DNA of 38,239 nt. Source: an uncultured Prevotellaceae bacterium. GTDB lineage: Bacteria; Bacteroidota; Bacteroidia; Bacteroidales; Bacteroidaceae. This document shows positions 1 to 9,100 of the stretch, piece by piece. The stretch is taken from contig CADCQC010000083.1 in the NCBI GenBank assembly GCA_902803455.1, positions 1-38,239 on the forward strand, in the 5' to 3' direction. How positions within the stretch are numbered: the stretch's first letter is position 1; every line of letters starts with the position of its first letter. The notes beneath the pieces are model-generated. The model saw only the letters and a list, made by a program, of their open reading frames with translations, searched no databases and was not told the DNA's origin. The position numbers and the translations under genes were made by a program.

Positions 1-2
1 GA

Positions 3-1019
3 CGCGGACTGTCGATGTTTATCTACGACAAGCGCAATGGTGGTGTCGACGTGCGTCATATCGAGCACAAATTAGGTATCCACGGATCTCCCACCTGTGA
101 GTTGACCTACAAGAATGCCAAGGCCGAACTCTGTGGAAGTACGCGTCTGGGACTTATCAAATATGTGATGGCCCTGATGAACGGCGCCCGTCTGGGCATC
201 GCCGCCCAGAGTGTGGGCGTGGAGCAGGAAGCCTACAACGAAGGTTTGAAATATGCCCGGGACCGTGCCCAGTTCGGTCAGAAGATCATCAACTTCCCCG
301 CTGTCTATGACATGCTCTCACGCATGAAAGCCAAGCTTGACGCTGGCCGCTCCCTACTTTACCAGACAGCCCGCTACGTGGATATCTACAAAGCTTTGGA
401 AGATATCCAGCGCGACACCAAACTGACAATGGAAGAGCGTCAGGAACTCAAGAAATACACCCGTCTGGCCGACGCTTTCACACCATTGGCCAAAGGCATG
501 AACTCTGAGTATGCCAACCAGAATGCCTACGACGCCATCTCCATCCACGGCGGTTCGGGTTTCATCATGGAATATAAGAGTCAGCGGCTATATCGTGACG
601 CACGCATCTTCTCTATTTATGAAGGAACGACCCAGCTGCAAGTGGTGGCAGCCTTGCGCTACATCACCAACGGCACCTACCTGCAAATTATCAAGGAGAT
701 GCTCGACAATGAGGTATCCGGTGACCTGCAGCCGCTGAAGGACCGCGTGACGAAGATGATCGCCCTCTATGAGGAGGTTCTTGGCGAGGTGAAAGAAGAG
801 AACAACCAAGAGAAGATAGATTTCGTGGCCCGCCGTCTCTATGAGATGACCGCCGACATCATCATGTCGCTCCTCATCCTCGACGACGCCACCCGTGCTC
901 CGGAACTCTTCACCAAGAGCGCCAACGTATATGTAAGACACGCTGAGGCAGAGTGCCGTGGTCATTATGCGTTCATCAAGAACATGAAAGCAGACGACCT
1001 GACATTCTATCAAGCTTGA
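3..1019 (+). CDS. Acyl-CoA dehydrogenase, C-terminal part (5' end lies outside the window)
   Basis: Motifs EHKLGIHGSPTCEL, MNGARLGIAAQ, RAQFG, AISIHGGSGF and IYEGTTQLQ are typical of acyl-CoA dehydrogenases. The frame is open back to the window edge. Confidence 0.93.
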   Translation, partial: RGLSMFIYDKRNGGVDVRHIEHKLGIHGSPTCELTYKNAKAELCGSTRLGLIKYVMALMNGARLGIAAQSVGVEQEAYNEGLKYARDRAQFGQKIINFPAVYDMLSRMKAKLDAGRSLLYQTARYVDIYKALEDIQRDTKLTMEERQELKKYTRLADAFTPLAKGMNSEYANQNAYDAISIHGGSGFIMEYKSQRLYRDARIFSIYEGTTQLQVVAALRYITNGTYLQIIKEMLDNEVSGDLQPLKDRVTKMIALYEEVLGEVKEENNQEKIDFVARRLYEMTADIIMSLLILDDATRAPELFTKSANVYVRHAEAECRGHYAFIKNMKADDLTFYQA

Positions 1020-1047
1020 TCATCTGTATAAACTACAGAAATATCAT

Positions 1048-1082
1048 TCACCCCTCCCTTATTCCGTGTAAGAGAGGGGTGA
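1048..1082. terminator. GC-rich stem-loop after the acyl-CoA dehydrogenase gene (terminator-like or transcript-stabilising hairpin)
   Basis: TCACCCCTC-C-CTTA / TAAG-A-GAGGGGTGA inverted repeat with a 7-nt loop. No clear U-tract. Confidence 0.55.
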
Positions 1083-1105
1083 TATCAATCAAACACCTAC
1101 CCACC

Positions 1106-2662
1106 ATGCACCAACCATCTCTATCAGGCAAAACAAAAGTCTTTGTTTATCTTGCCTTGTTTGTCACGTTATTACTGTTCATCATTTCTCCGGATTCATA
1201 TACACACGACGTATTTGAACGTGTTGACTCCGCATGTTTTTTCACCGGAGGCAAGGCATGGATGAACGGCATGGTGCCCTATGTGGACTACACAGACTCC
1301 AAAGGTCCTTTGCTGTGGCTGATCTACGGCATCGGCTATCTGATCAGCCACTACAACTATATCGGAGTGTTCTGGATCAGTTGCCTATGGTATGCCTGCA
1401 CCTTTTTCATCACCTACAAGACCTGTGGCATTTTCATCGATGACAAGCGGCAGAGCCTGCTTTGCACCATGATCATGAGCATCGCTTTTTTCATGCCTGT
1501 CGTGCATTATGAGGTAAGGGCAGAAGATTTTTGCCAACCCTTCATCATGCTATCCTTCTACCATACCTCGAAAATGCTCTATGGCCGAAAGATGACGAAA
1601 GGCGACCTTGACAGATCATTTTTCGCTCTTGGCATCTCATTCGCCGCGCTGTTGCTAATCAAATTCAGCGTGGCTGCCATGCAGTCGGTATTTATCCTTT
1701 ATGCCCTCTACTACCTCCTTCGTGAGAAGAGGCCAATAGGCAGTCCGCTTGCCGCATGCGTACTTGGTGGTGTGGTGCTCACCCTCCCCATTGTCATCTA
1801 CCTGCTCATTCAGGGAAATTTCACCGCTTTCATCCAAGAATATTTTCTCAACACACTCATGACAGTGAAACCCGAGCACAGCATGTGGGAAAACTATCTG
1901 GATGAGTGCTACGACGCATGGTATCATCATCCTGTCTCCCTCATCGTGCTTGCCCTGTTGATCGTAGGAGATATCCTATTCATGCCCCGTCTGCGGAAAT
2001 ATCGTTTTTTCCCATTGCTATCCACCCTTTTCTTTTTCGCATTGGCGATGAAACATCATGGACTGGTGCATTACTTCAACGTTGTCTCCTTTGGCCTGCT
2101 CTTCTTGGTGCTGGCCGTGATGATGCACATCCGCCCCAAACTCAGCCGGCGCAGACTGGCCTTGTCTGCCATCTGCGTGCTGGTCATTTGCTCACTGGGC
2201 GCACAGATCAAGCGAACAGAATTTCATGTCTATTTCTGGGAGAAAGATGCCAGGAGAAAGGTCTATTATGAGATGGCTTATCTCATGTCGCAGGTGGAGA
2301 AGCCAGGCTTTTTCAACGTCTGGGGCTGTGGCAATGGTATGGAGACATTACCAGAGTGTCTTCCTGGTTCCAAACACTGGATCTACCAGTTGGGCTCAAC
2401 AAAAGAGATGCATGAAGCCCATGTGGCAGAGTTACGTGCCGGACAACCAGACTTCGTTTTTGTGCGTGTCGAGCAATTCCTTCATAATATTGGAATGAAC
2501 AAGGCCACACTCGACTCCATCGGTTACCACTGCTGCTACGAATGGGAAACACGAGGAGAGAAGCATTATCTCTACACCAAGCACGACGTGAAGTTACCGT
2601 CATACGATGTCACTCCCAGCAATCTGGATATCTTATTGAAGAGGAAACCTTTTTCTCATTAA
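1106..2662 (+). CDS. Polytopic membrane protein, GT-C-fold glycosyltransferase-like (ArnT/PMT-like), paralog 1, 518 aa
   Basis: About 10-12 hydrophobic segments. The first loop carries DSY..D...RVDS and GMVPYVDYTDSKGP, the G..PY.D..D.KGP pattern of lipid-P-sugar-dependent transferases, and there is a soluble C-terminal domain. ATG 1106 was chosen because the longer ORF overlaps the upstream gene and 1106 aligns with the paralog start. Confidence 0.7.
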   Translation: MHQPSLSGKTKVFVYLALFVTLLLFIISPDSYTHDVFERVDSACFFTGGKAWMNGMVPYVDYTDSKGPLLWLIYGIGYLISHYNYIGVFWISCLWYACTFFITYKTCGIFIDDKRQSLLCTMIMSIAFFMPVVHYEVRAEDFCQPFIMLSFYHTSKMLYGRKMTKGDLDRSFFALGISFAALLLIKFSVAAMQSVFILYALYYLLREKRPIGSPLAACVLGGVVLTLPIVIYLLIQGNFTAFIQEYFLNTLMTVKPEHSMWENYLDECYDAWYHHPVSLIVLALLIVGDILFMPRLRKYRFFPLLSTLFFFALAMKHHGLVHYFNVVSFGLLFLVLAVMMHIRPKLSRRRLALSAICVLVICSLGAQIKRTEFHVYFWEKDARRKVYYEMAYLMSQVEKPGFFNVWGCGNGMETLPECLPGSKHWIYQLGSTKEMHEAHVAELRAGQPDFVFVRVEQFLHNIGMNKATLDSIGYHCCYEWETRGEKHYLYTKHDVKLPSYDVTPSNLDILLKRKPFSH

Positions 2663-2707
2663 TCACCATCAACATTGCTGATGAAGCCATCAAACCCAAA
2701 ACACCTC

Positions 2708-4252
2708 ATGCCTCAACAGACCATACCAAGCCATCGGTTGGCATTTCTTTTTCTGATGGGCTATGCCTTTCTGCTGTTGTTCATACTGTCGACAGACTCC
2801 TACACACATGATCTTTTTCCCCGGGTAGACTCAGCCTGTTTCTTCACCGCAGGAAAAGCCTGGATGAACGGCATGGTGCCATATGTGGAATTCACCGATT
2901 CAAAAGGTCCTTTGCTGTGGCTGATATATGGTATCGGATACCTCATCAGCCATCACGACTACATCGGCGTGTTTTGGATCAGTTGTCTATGGTATAGTTT
3001 CACGTTTTACTATATGTTTCTTACGGCAGAGGTTTTCTTGGCCGACAAGCGCTCATCCCTTCTTTGTGCAGCCACCATGTCTATCGCCTTTTTCTTTCCC
3101 TATATACACCGTGAGACGCGTTCAGAAGATTTCAGCCACCTTTTCATGGCCATCTCACTCTACCATACCTCGCTTTTGCTCTATGGGCGAAATGTGAGCA
3201 AAAAGACTATCCACCGGGCATTCATGGCGCTGGGAATCTCCTTCGGTGCACTGCTGATGATGAAATACAGCATCGCAGCCATTCAGTTGGTGTTCATTTT
3301 ATTTGCCGTTTACTATCTACTCAAAGAACATCAGCCTATGATACGGGCGTTTCTGATGCTGGGACTAGGAATGTTGGCCGTGATGATGCCATTCATCATC
3401 TATCTTCTCTGTTATGGCTGTTTTGATGATTTTATCAAAGAATATTTCTTCCTTACCTCACAGACCATCACCCATCAAGGCAATGTCGTCATGACTATTT
3501 TCAAGCATGTCTTCAATTATGCGACAACCAATCCTGTTATCAGCATAGAGATGGCGGTTATTCTGATAGGAGCGGTCTTCTATGGCATACACCTACAGCG
3601 ATATCGCCTGTTCCCCTTGATCGTCGTCCTATGGGTAATGGGGATGTCCTTAATTGGACAATATGATTATTACCTGAGCATCAATGCCACCAGTTTCATT
3701 TTCGCAGCCTTGATGTTCGTCACCGCTGCCCGCCGTATTCCCTCAGCAATCTACCTGCCGACAGTATTCGCCACGACTTGTCTTTTGGCTATCTTCATCA
3801 ACAAGAGTCCACACGAATTTTTCTGGAGAGGCGGAAAGCTAAGAACAGACTATTACAACGTAGCCTATCTCATCTCCCGTGTAGACCACCCCACCCTACT
3901 CAATTTAGGATGTTTGAGCTATGGCTTAGAAACACTTCCCGACGCACTTCCTTCCAATAAATATTGGATTTATCAGAATGGCTCTATTCCACAGATGACG
4001 GAAGCCCATTTAAAAGACCTGTATGAGCGAAAAGCAGATTTTCTATGTGTGCGCACCAAGAAGATCGGACAACTACATCTTAAGAAAGGCACCTTGAAGG
4101 CTCTTGGCTACCATCCATGTTATGAATGGAATATTTATTCAGAGCACTTCATCCTATTTACCAAACATGATGTGCATCTTTCCTCTACAGACATCACACC
4201 CAGCTCTCTCGACATTCTGACGAAAAAGGTCCCTGCCTGGCTATCCCGTTAA
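2708..4252 (+). CDS. Polytopic membrane protein, GT-C-fold glycosyltransferase-like, paralog 2, 514 aa
   Basis: Clear paralog of 1106..2662, sharing DSYTHD, RVDSACFFT.GKAWMNGMVPYV, DSKGPLLWLIYGIGYLISH, GLETLP and TKHDV...TPS.LDIL. ATG 2708 puts DSY at residue 30, as in paralog 1; ATG 2681 is an alternative start. Confidence 0.7.
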   Translation: MPQQTIPSHRLAFLFLMGYAFLLLFILSTDSYTHDLFPRVDSACFFTAGKAWMNGMVPYVEFTDSKGPLLWLIYGIGYLISHHDYIGVFWISCLWYSFTFYYMFLTAEVFLADKRSSLLCAATMSIAFFFPYIHRETRSEDFSHLFMAISLYHTSLLLYGRNVSKKTIHRAFMALGISFGALLMMKYSIAAIQLVFILFAVYYLLKEHQPMIRAFLMLGLGMLAVMMPFIIYLLCYGCFDDFIKEYFFLTSQTITHQGNVVMTIFKHVFNYATTNPVISIEMAVILIGAVFYGIHLQRYRLFPLIVVLWVMGMSLIGQYDYYLSINATSFIFAALMFVTAARRIPSAIYLPTVFATTCLLAIFINKSPHEFFWRGGKLRTDYYNVAYLISRVDHPTLLNLGCLSYGLETLPDALPSNKYWIYQNGSIPQMTEAHLKDLYERKADFLCVRTKKIGQLHLKKGTLKALGYHPCYEWNIYSEHFILFTKHDVHLSSTDITPSSLDILTKKVPAWLSR

Positions 4253-4530
4253 GCCTCGGAATCGTCGACAACACACCATGGAGACCCTTTTCCCAACCGA
4301 ATGACCGACTGTCCGCATGGCATGTCGGGTAAGGTTTCAAGAGAAGGATCAATCTCCATGATCTCTGAGATGGAGACCGCATCAAGGTCGTCATCGCAGA
4401 AGTCACTATCGCCAAACGCCTCCCAATCGCCTTCAGCATCAAGGTTCACGCAAACGATCTCTTCCCCTTCCTCCAACACCTGGCGGGTAGTAATCACTGG
4501 TTTCCACTGATCATCATCAATCATTCTCAT
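4249..4530 (-). CDS. Small acidic protein, DUF2185/Imm33-like domain
   Basis: The pattern V..T..VL....I..V..D.EGDW.....D......VS..EI...DPSL..L.D.P.G....R......W resembles DUF2185/Imm33-like proteins. It is codirectional with dacB and 33 nt downstream of it. Confidence 0.55.
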   Translation of the reverse strand: MRMIDDDQWKPVITTRQVLEEGEEIVCVNLDAEGDWEAFGDSDFCDDDLDAVSISEIMEIDPSLETLPDMPCGQSVIRLGKGSPWCVVDDSEA

Positions 4531-4563
4531 GGTTGAAAAATTTACTGGTTATTGTATAAAAAA

Positions 4564-5796
4564 CTATCTGCACATCTCGCTACACACCCGGTTTTGGAAA
4601 TCCCGTCCTTCATCAGCCTTGACGATACCCTGATTCAAGATACAGAAGCACAACAGATGTCCATTGGCCGCAGTGCAATAGCCGCTGAGTGTGGAAACAG
4701 CAGAGACGGTGCCAGTCTTGGCATGCACGTTGCCTGCACAAGATCCTGTTTTCATCCGCTTCTTGAGCGTCCCGTCGACACCCGCGATCGGCAAAGCAGG
4801 ATAGAGATGTGCAAAGATATCAGACTTCTCATAAGCATGTCTCAGCAGTCTGACCATCATCTCTGCCGTCACATAGTTGTAGAGCGACAATCCGCTACCA
4901 TCAGCGATGGTATAGAACCGGGGAGTCAATCCTAATCTGCGCAGCAACCGCTTAGTCACCCCAGCCGCTCCTTCAGCAGTGCCAACTCCTTGTTTGCTGG
5001 CCGCCAAGGCCGTCTGATAAAGCAACGACTCCGCATAGAGATTGTCACTCTCCTTCATCATCTGCGTAAGCACTTTATCGATATGGCTACGGAAGCAACA
5101 GATCTCAGTGGCACCCTTTGGCATCTTCCCCCGTGCCAAGGAGACAGAGAGTCCTACCCCCAGACGTTGAAGTTCGGTCATCATGCTACTCATCCACTGA
5201 TCTTTCCCATCGACAAGCAAAGGCACCAGATGCGGGTCATCATCATCCCAACACCAACCCTTACCCAGCCAAAGCGAGTCTTTCATTGACAGGTCAGCCA
5301 CCAGCAATCCCTCAATGTGCCGGATGCCATAATCCCGAATCCGTGTGGCCATCTCCCGCACGTCGCCCGTGGTAACGGTGGGATCGAACCCCCCGACGAA
5401 ATAAAGATTGCCAATAAGCGTATCGCCCACAATCCTGCCCTGATAGCCAATCCTTGTAAGGTATTCATAGTCGGTGCCTAAAGTGTCGAGTGCCGTGATG
5501 GCCGTCACCAGTTTCATCACTGAAGCAGGGCGCATTCGCTGACGCTCATTTTTGGCATAGAGCATCTTATTGGTCGTCAGGTCGAAGACCATCAATCCCA
5601 ACTGACTGGTCTGCAACAGCGGATCACTCATCAGGAAGTCGAGGCGTCCAGCCATTTCCCGTTGCCAACTGTCGACAGGCTCATTGAAAGAACTGGTCGT
5701 AGAAAAAGTGTCATCCACAATCTGCGCACCAGCACACCAAGGCAGCATGGCAGAAAAGACCAAGCAGAGAAGCCATTTATTCATTTTCTTTGTCAT
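4564..5796 (-). CDS. dacB: D-alanyl-D-alanine carboxypeptidase/endopeptidase, PBP4 class (peptidase S13)
   Basis: Signal peptide, SxxK (PASVMK), SxN (ESDN), DGSGLS, and KTG (AKTGT). The start could be 5784. Confidence 0.93.
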   Translation of the reverse strand: MTKKMNKWLLCLVFSAMLPWCAGAQIVDDTFSTTSSFNEPVDSWQREMAGRLDFLMSDPLLQTSQLGLMVFDLTTNKMLYAKNERQRMRPASVMKLVTAITALDTLGTDYEYLTRIGYQGRIVGDTLIGNLYFVGGFDPTVTTGDVREMATRIRDYGIRHIEGLLVADLSMKDSLWLGKGWCWDDDDPHLVPLLVDGKDQWMSSMMTELQRLGVGLSVSLARGKMPKGATEICCFRSHIDKVLTQMMKESDNLYAESLLYQTALAASKQGVGTAEGAAGVTKRLLRRLGLTPRFYTIADGSGLSLYNYVTAEMMVRLLRHAYEKSDIFAHLYPALPIAGVDGTLKKRMKTGSCAGNVHAKTGTVSAVSTLSGYCTAANGHLLCFCILNQGIVKADEGRDFQNRVCSEMCR

Positions 5797-6193
5797 ATTT
5801 CTTCTGTTGTCTTTTTATCTCATCAAGAAAAGAATTCTCCTGATCGGGTTGAACACTGATATAATGATTGGCGCCATAGGTAATCAACAGAAACCCAGAC
5901 CCCCACAACAGAGGACGATGCCGCTCAACCCTCGTGATGTCACTCACAGGAAACACCACATCCCTTGAAAAACGCCCTCTGCTGACGACAAGGTTACCCT
6001 CAGCCGTAAAAGAATAGGTGGTATGAATGGCTCGTTCGATCATCACCACATCGATGCAGACGAGCACGAGTGCGATGACCGCATAGGAAGGCGACCGTTG
6101 CAACAGGAAATAAAGCGCACAAGCAGCCAGCAGCAAGATACAAGCCATTGCCTCCCATGTAAGACGCCGGTGAAAAGAACGCTGAAGGATCAT
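5777..6193 (-). CDS. Small membrane protein: two TM helices plus a bacterial PH-like soluble domain
   Basis: Two N-terminal hydrophobic segments followed by TTYSF...LVVSRGRF....I..I..V, a bacterial PH-domain-like pattern. ATGA overlap with the sprA stop and a 20-nt overlap with dacB. Confidence 0.65.
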   Translation of the reverse strand: MILQRSFHRRLTWEAMACILLLAACALYFLLQRSPSYAVIALVLVCIDVVMIERAIHTTYSFTAEGNLVVSRGRFSRDVVFPVSDITRVERHRPLLWGSGFLLITYGANHYISVQPDQENSFLDEIKRQQKKYDKENE

Positions 6194-9100
6194 CTGGTCA
6201 ATGAGAATTTCACACTCAGACCGAAGTCGTAAGTGGTCGTCGGATAACTGTTGCTTGAGAGCAATGGCGTATTGGTCTGCTGGTCGTAATAGAAACTCAT
6301 GGTCATCAGTTTAGACAATGTATAGTCAGCATTAAACGAGAATTTGAAGGCGTTATTACCACTACTTGCCTGACTGATCAAAGTAGCAATATCTCGGGTG
6401 ATGGCCGCCTGCTGACGATAGGACAGATCAAACCTCAAGTTGAGATCGTGATTGAAACTGGAACCGCCCTTCGCCCTGCTGTTCTTGCTTGTATTCTTGC
6501 TGTTGTCCTCATCAGATTTATTCCCACTATTCTTGTTGCCTTTCACTTTACGAGCACCGCCACCGCCAAAGAGACGGAAGTTATTGATCTTATAGCCCAT
6601 GCCGACCACCCAGTCATGACTGGTTCGCTCGCTGATCTGCACACTGGTGGTAGAAAGGGAGACCTCACGTACGGTCCGATATTCCAACTTACAAGTAAGG
6701 TTGTTGTTCAACGTGACATCCACACCCAGCAGTGGCGAGAACTGCTCATTGATACTCGCTGTAGAGATATTGAACATACTGCTCGGCACAGGCATATTGG
6801 TGGTGGCATCGGTAATGAATCCCAGATCACCCATATACTCACGCCAGGTGCTGAATGAGGCATAAGATCCGATGGCGAAGATACTCTTATAGGTGTGGTT
6901 GATATTGACGCTCTTGAAGAGATCTTTGAATGGAGACAGTTTGCTGAGTCCGCTATAGCGGATGGACCAGTTAGGCAGCATGGCACTGATGGCTGGGAAC
7001 AATTTGAGCGATGATCCGCCGATATTGGTGTAGGAAGACAAGAAAGCAGGAATCATCACGTCGGCGCTATATAATCCCACACCACCATTGGCAGGGTCGA
7101 ACTTCTCGCCGGCGACAGTGGAATTGGAAGGATAGACAGCCCCCTCATACTGTGCCTGCACCCTGGAGCGAAAACCTTCAAGAGAGTTGCAGAAACGCTC
7201 GAAAGAAGCAGAATGGTATCCGTCTGTCGCATTTCCTGTCGCCTCAAGTGAACTCTTGAGTGAGATGGTGGTCATATTGAACTGGCCACTTCTTGTGGTG
7301 GAATTCTCCAGATAACCATATTGTATTTTGCGCGCATCGGTCTGCGTGTGACTGGCATTGAGGTCGATTTTCAGATCACGTGCCGGCTCAAGCGTCATTT
7401 TCAACTGCAAGTCACGGGTGAAGTTGGTGGCTGCCGATGTGATGCGGTCACTATTGAGCAGCCATCCGTTATCACGTGCCTTGTCGATATAACTCTCATC
7501 GTTGAGTCCAAAGGCAAAATCAAGTCCGGGACTCAGGATATCCCCACGATGCTGTCCAAATGTCGCTCCGATATTTGGCAAGAATCCCGGCAACGACATC
7601 GCGCGTTGGTTACGGTAACTGATGCTCACATTACGCACCATCATCAAGGCGCGAGCCACCACCTGAGCAGTTTTATACCATGACTTCTCCTCAAGGGGTT
7701 GTTTTGGAGAGACAGTCAACTTCAAGGTAACGGCAGAGTCACTCTTATTGATGATCTTTATCTTATTATCATCCACCACCTTGAACTTCACCGGTACGAT
7801 TTTGCCATCCTTGCCCTTGGCAGAAACGAGGAGTCGTCTGCTCTTCTTGCTATGGGTCACCACGATAGAAGTATCAGCCTTGATGGTGATTTCCTTCTCA
7901 AACGTGTTTTTATTTTTAGGAAGTTTGGATTTTTGCTTATCATCAGCCTCTTTCCCATCCTCTTCTTCCTTTCCTTTGTTCTTGTTGGATGTTTTTTTCG
8001 CAGTGGAAGAATTGGTTTTCTTCGTTGTCTTATTGCTGGTCGTCTTGTTGAACCTTTCGTTGGTTTTCTTCAGGAACGGGATATGGTCATAGAGTTTCTG
8101 AAGATTGAACGTTCCATTGACCTTAAATGTCCGGTTGTTGGAGATAATATTTCCCATGGTTGAGCCATCTTCCAATTCCGTGCCACGGTCCCAGTTATAA
8201 GTAGCATCGTAGTTGAGGTCGGCATTTACCCAATCAAAAATAGGAATAAGATTGAGGGGCACATGATAGGAAGAAGAGAACACCTGTGTATATTTCAACG
8301 GATCGCCGAAATGCTTGATGGAGTTCCAGACAGAGTCTTTCCATGCCTCATATCTATCGGGATAAAGATCCTTATTGACAGGCGTGTAGGGTTCTTCGAT
8401 TTCCGCATTGGTGCCGCTTTCAAAGTTCATGTGCAAGTTTTTGGTGAGATCCCATCTCAAGGAGAATTTTCTGTTCCACAAGAACTGCTGCGAGAAGGTC
8501 AACGGCAATTTGGCACCCTCAAGGTTTTCCATATCCCGCCTCTGAAGTTCATAATAACGTCGGGTGATCTGTGTATTGAACGAAATATTCTGAGGCAAAT
8601 AGTTGATTCCGAATTTCTTGGCAATCTCCCACCATTTCGACTTCGACTTGATCAGGTTTTTGAAAGGTTCCCATGCCTTAAAGACAGGTGTCCATGAATA
8701 GTTCATCGAACCATCCCACTTGTCTTCATTCTCATAAACAGTTGTCTCTCCCGAGGTATGGTTGTGCAAATGACTGTAGGAGAAGGAGAAGTTGGCCGGG
8801 TCATACGGCATGGGATGCCCCTTTGTCTGAATGCCCACACGCATATTCGACAGGGAGAAGTTGGTGTTGGTGACCTTTGTCACAGCGATAGACTCGATAG
8901 ACTCGCGCTCATGTTCATTGGAAGACTCCAGTGCATCATCGAGACGCATATCCGTATCCAGCGGATTATACTTGGGTTTTGTCTTCTCTTTGGTGACCGA
9001 ATAATAGAGCGGCATCGATACCTTTGCTTTGTCTGGGAAGAATTTGCCCAACTCCAAATTTGTCGTGAGGGTGAAGTTTTGGAAATCATCCTGGGAACGG

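Noticed and set aside
953-1105. N-terminal extension of the first GT-C ORF in the ORF track
   Set aside because: It overlaps the acyl-CoA dehydrogenase 3' end and runs through a hairpin. The paralog alignment supports ATG 1106.
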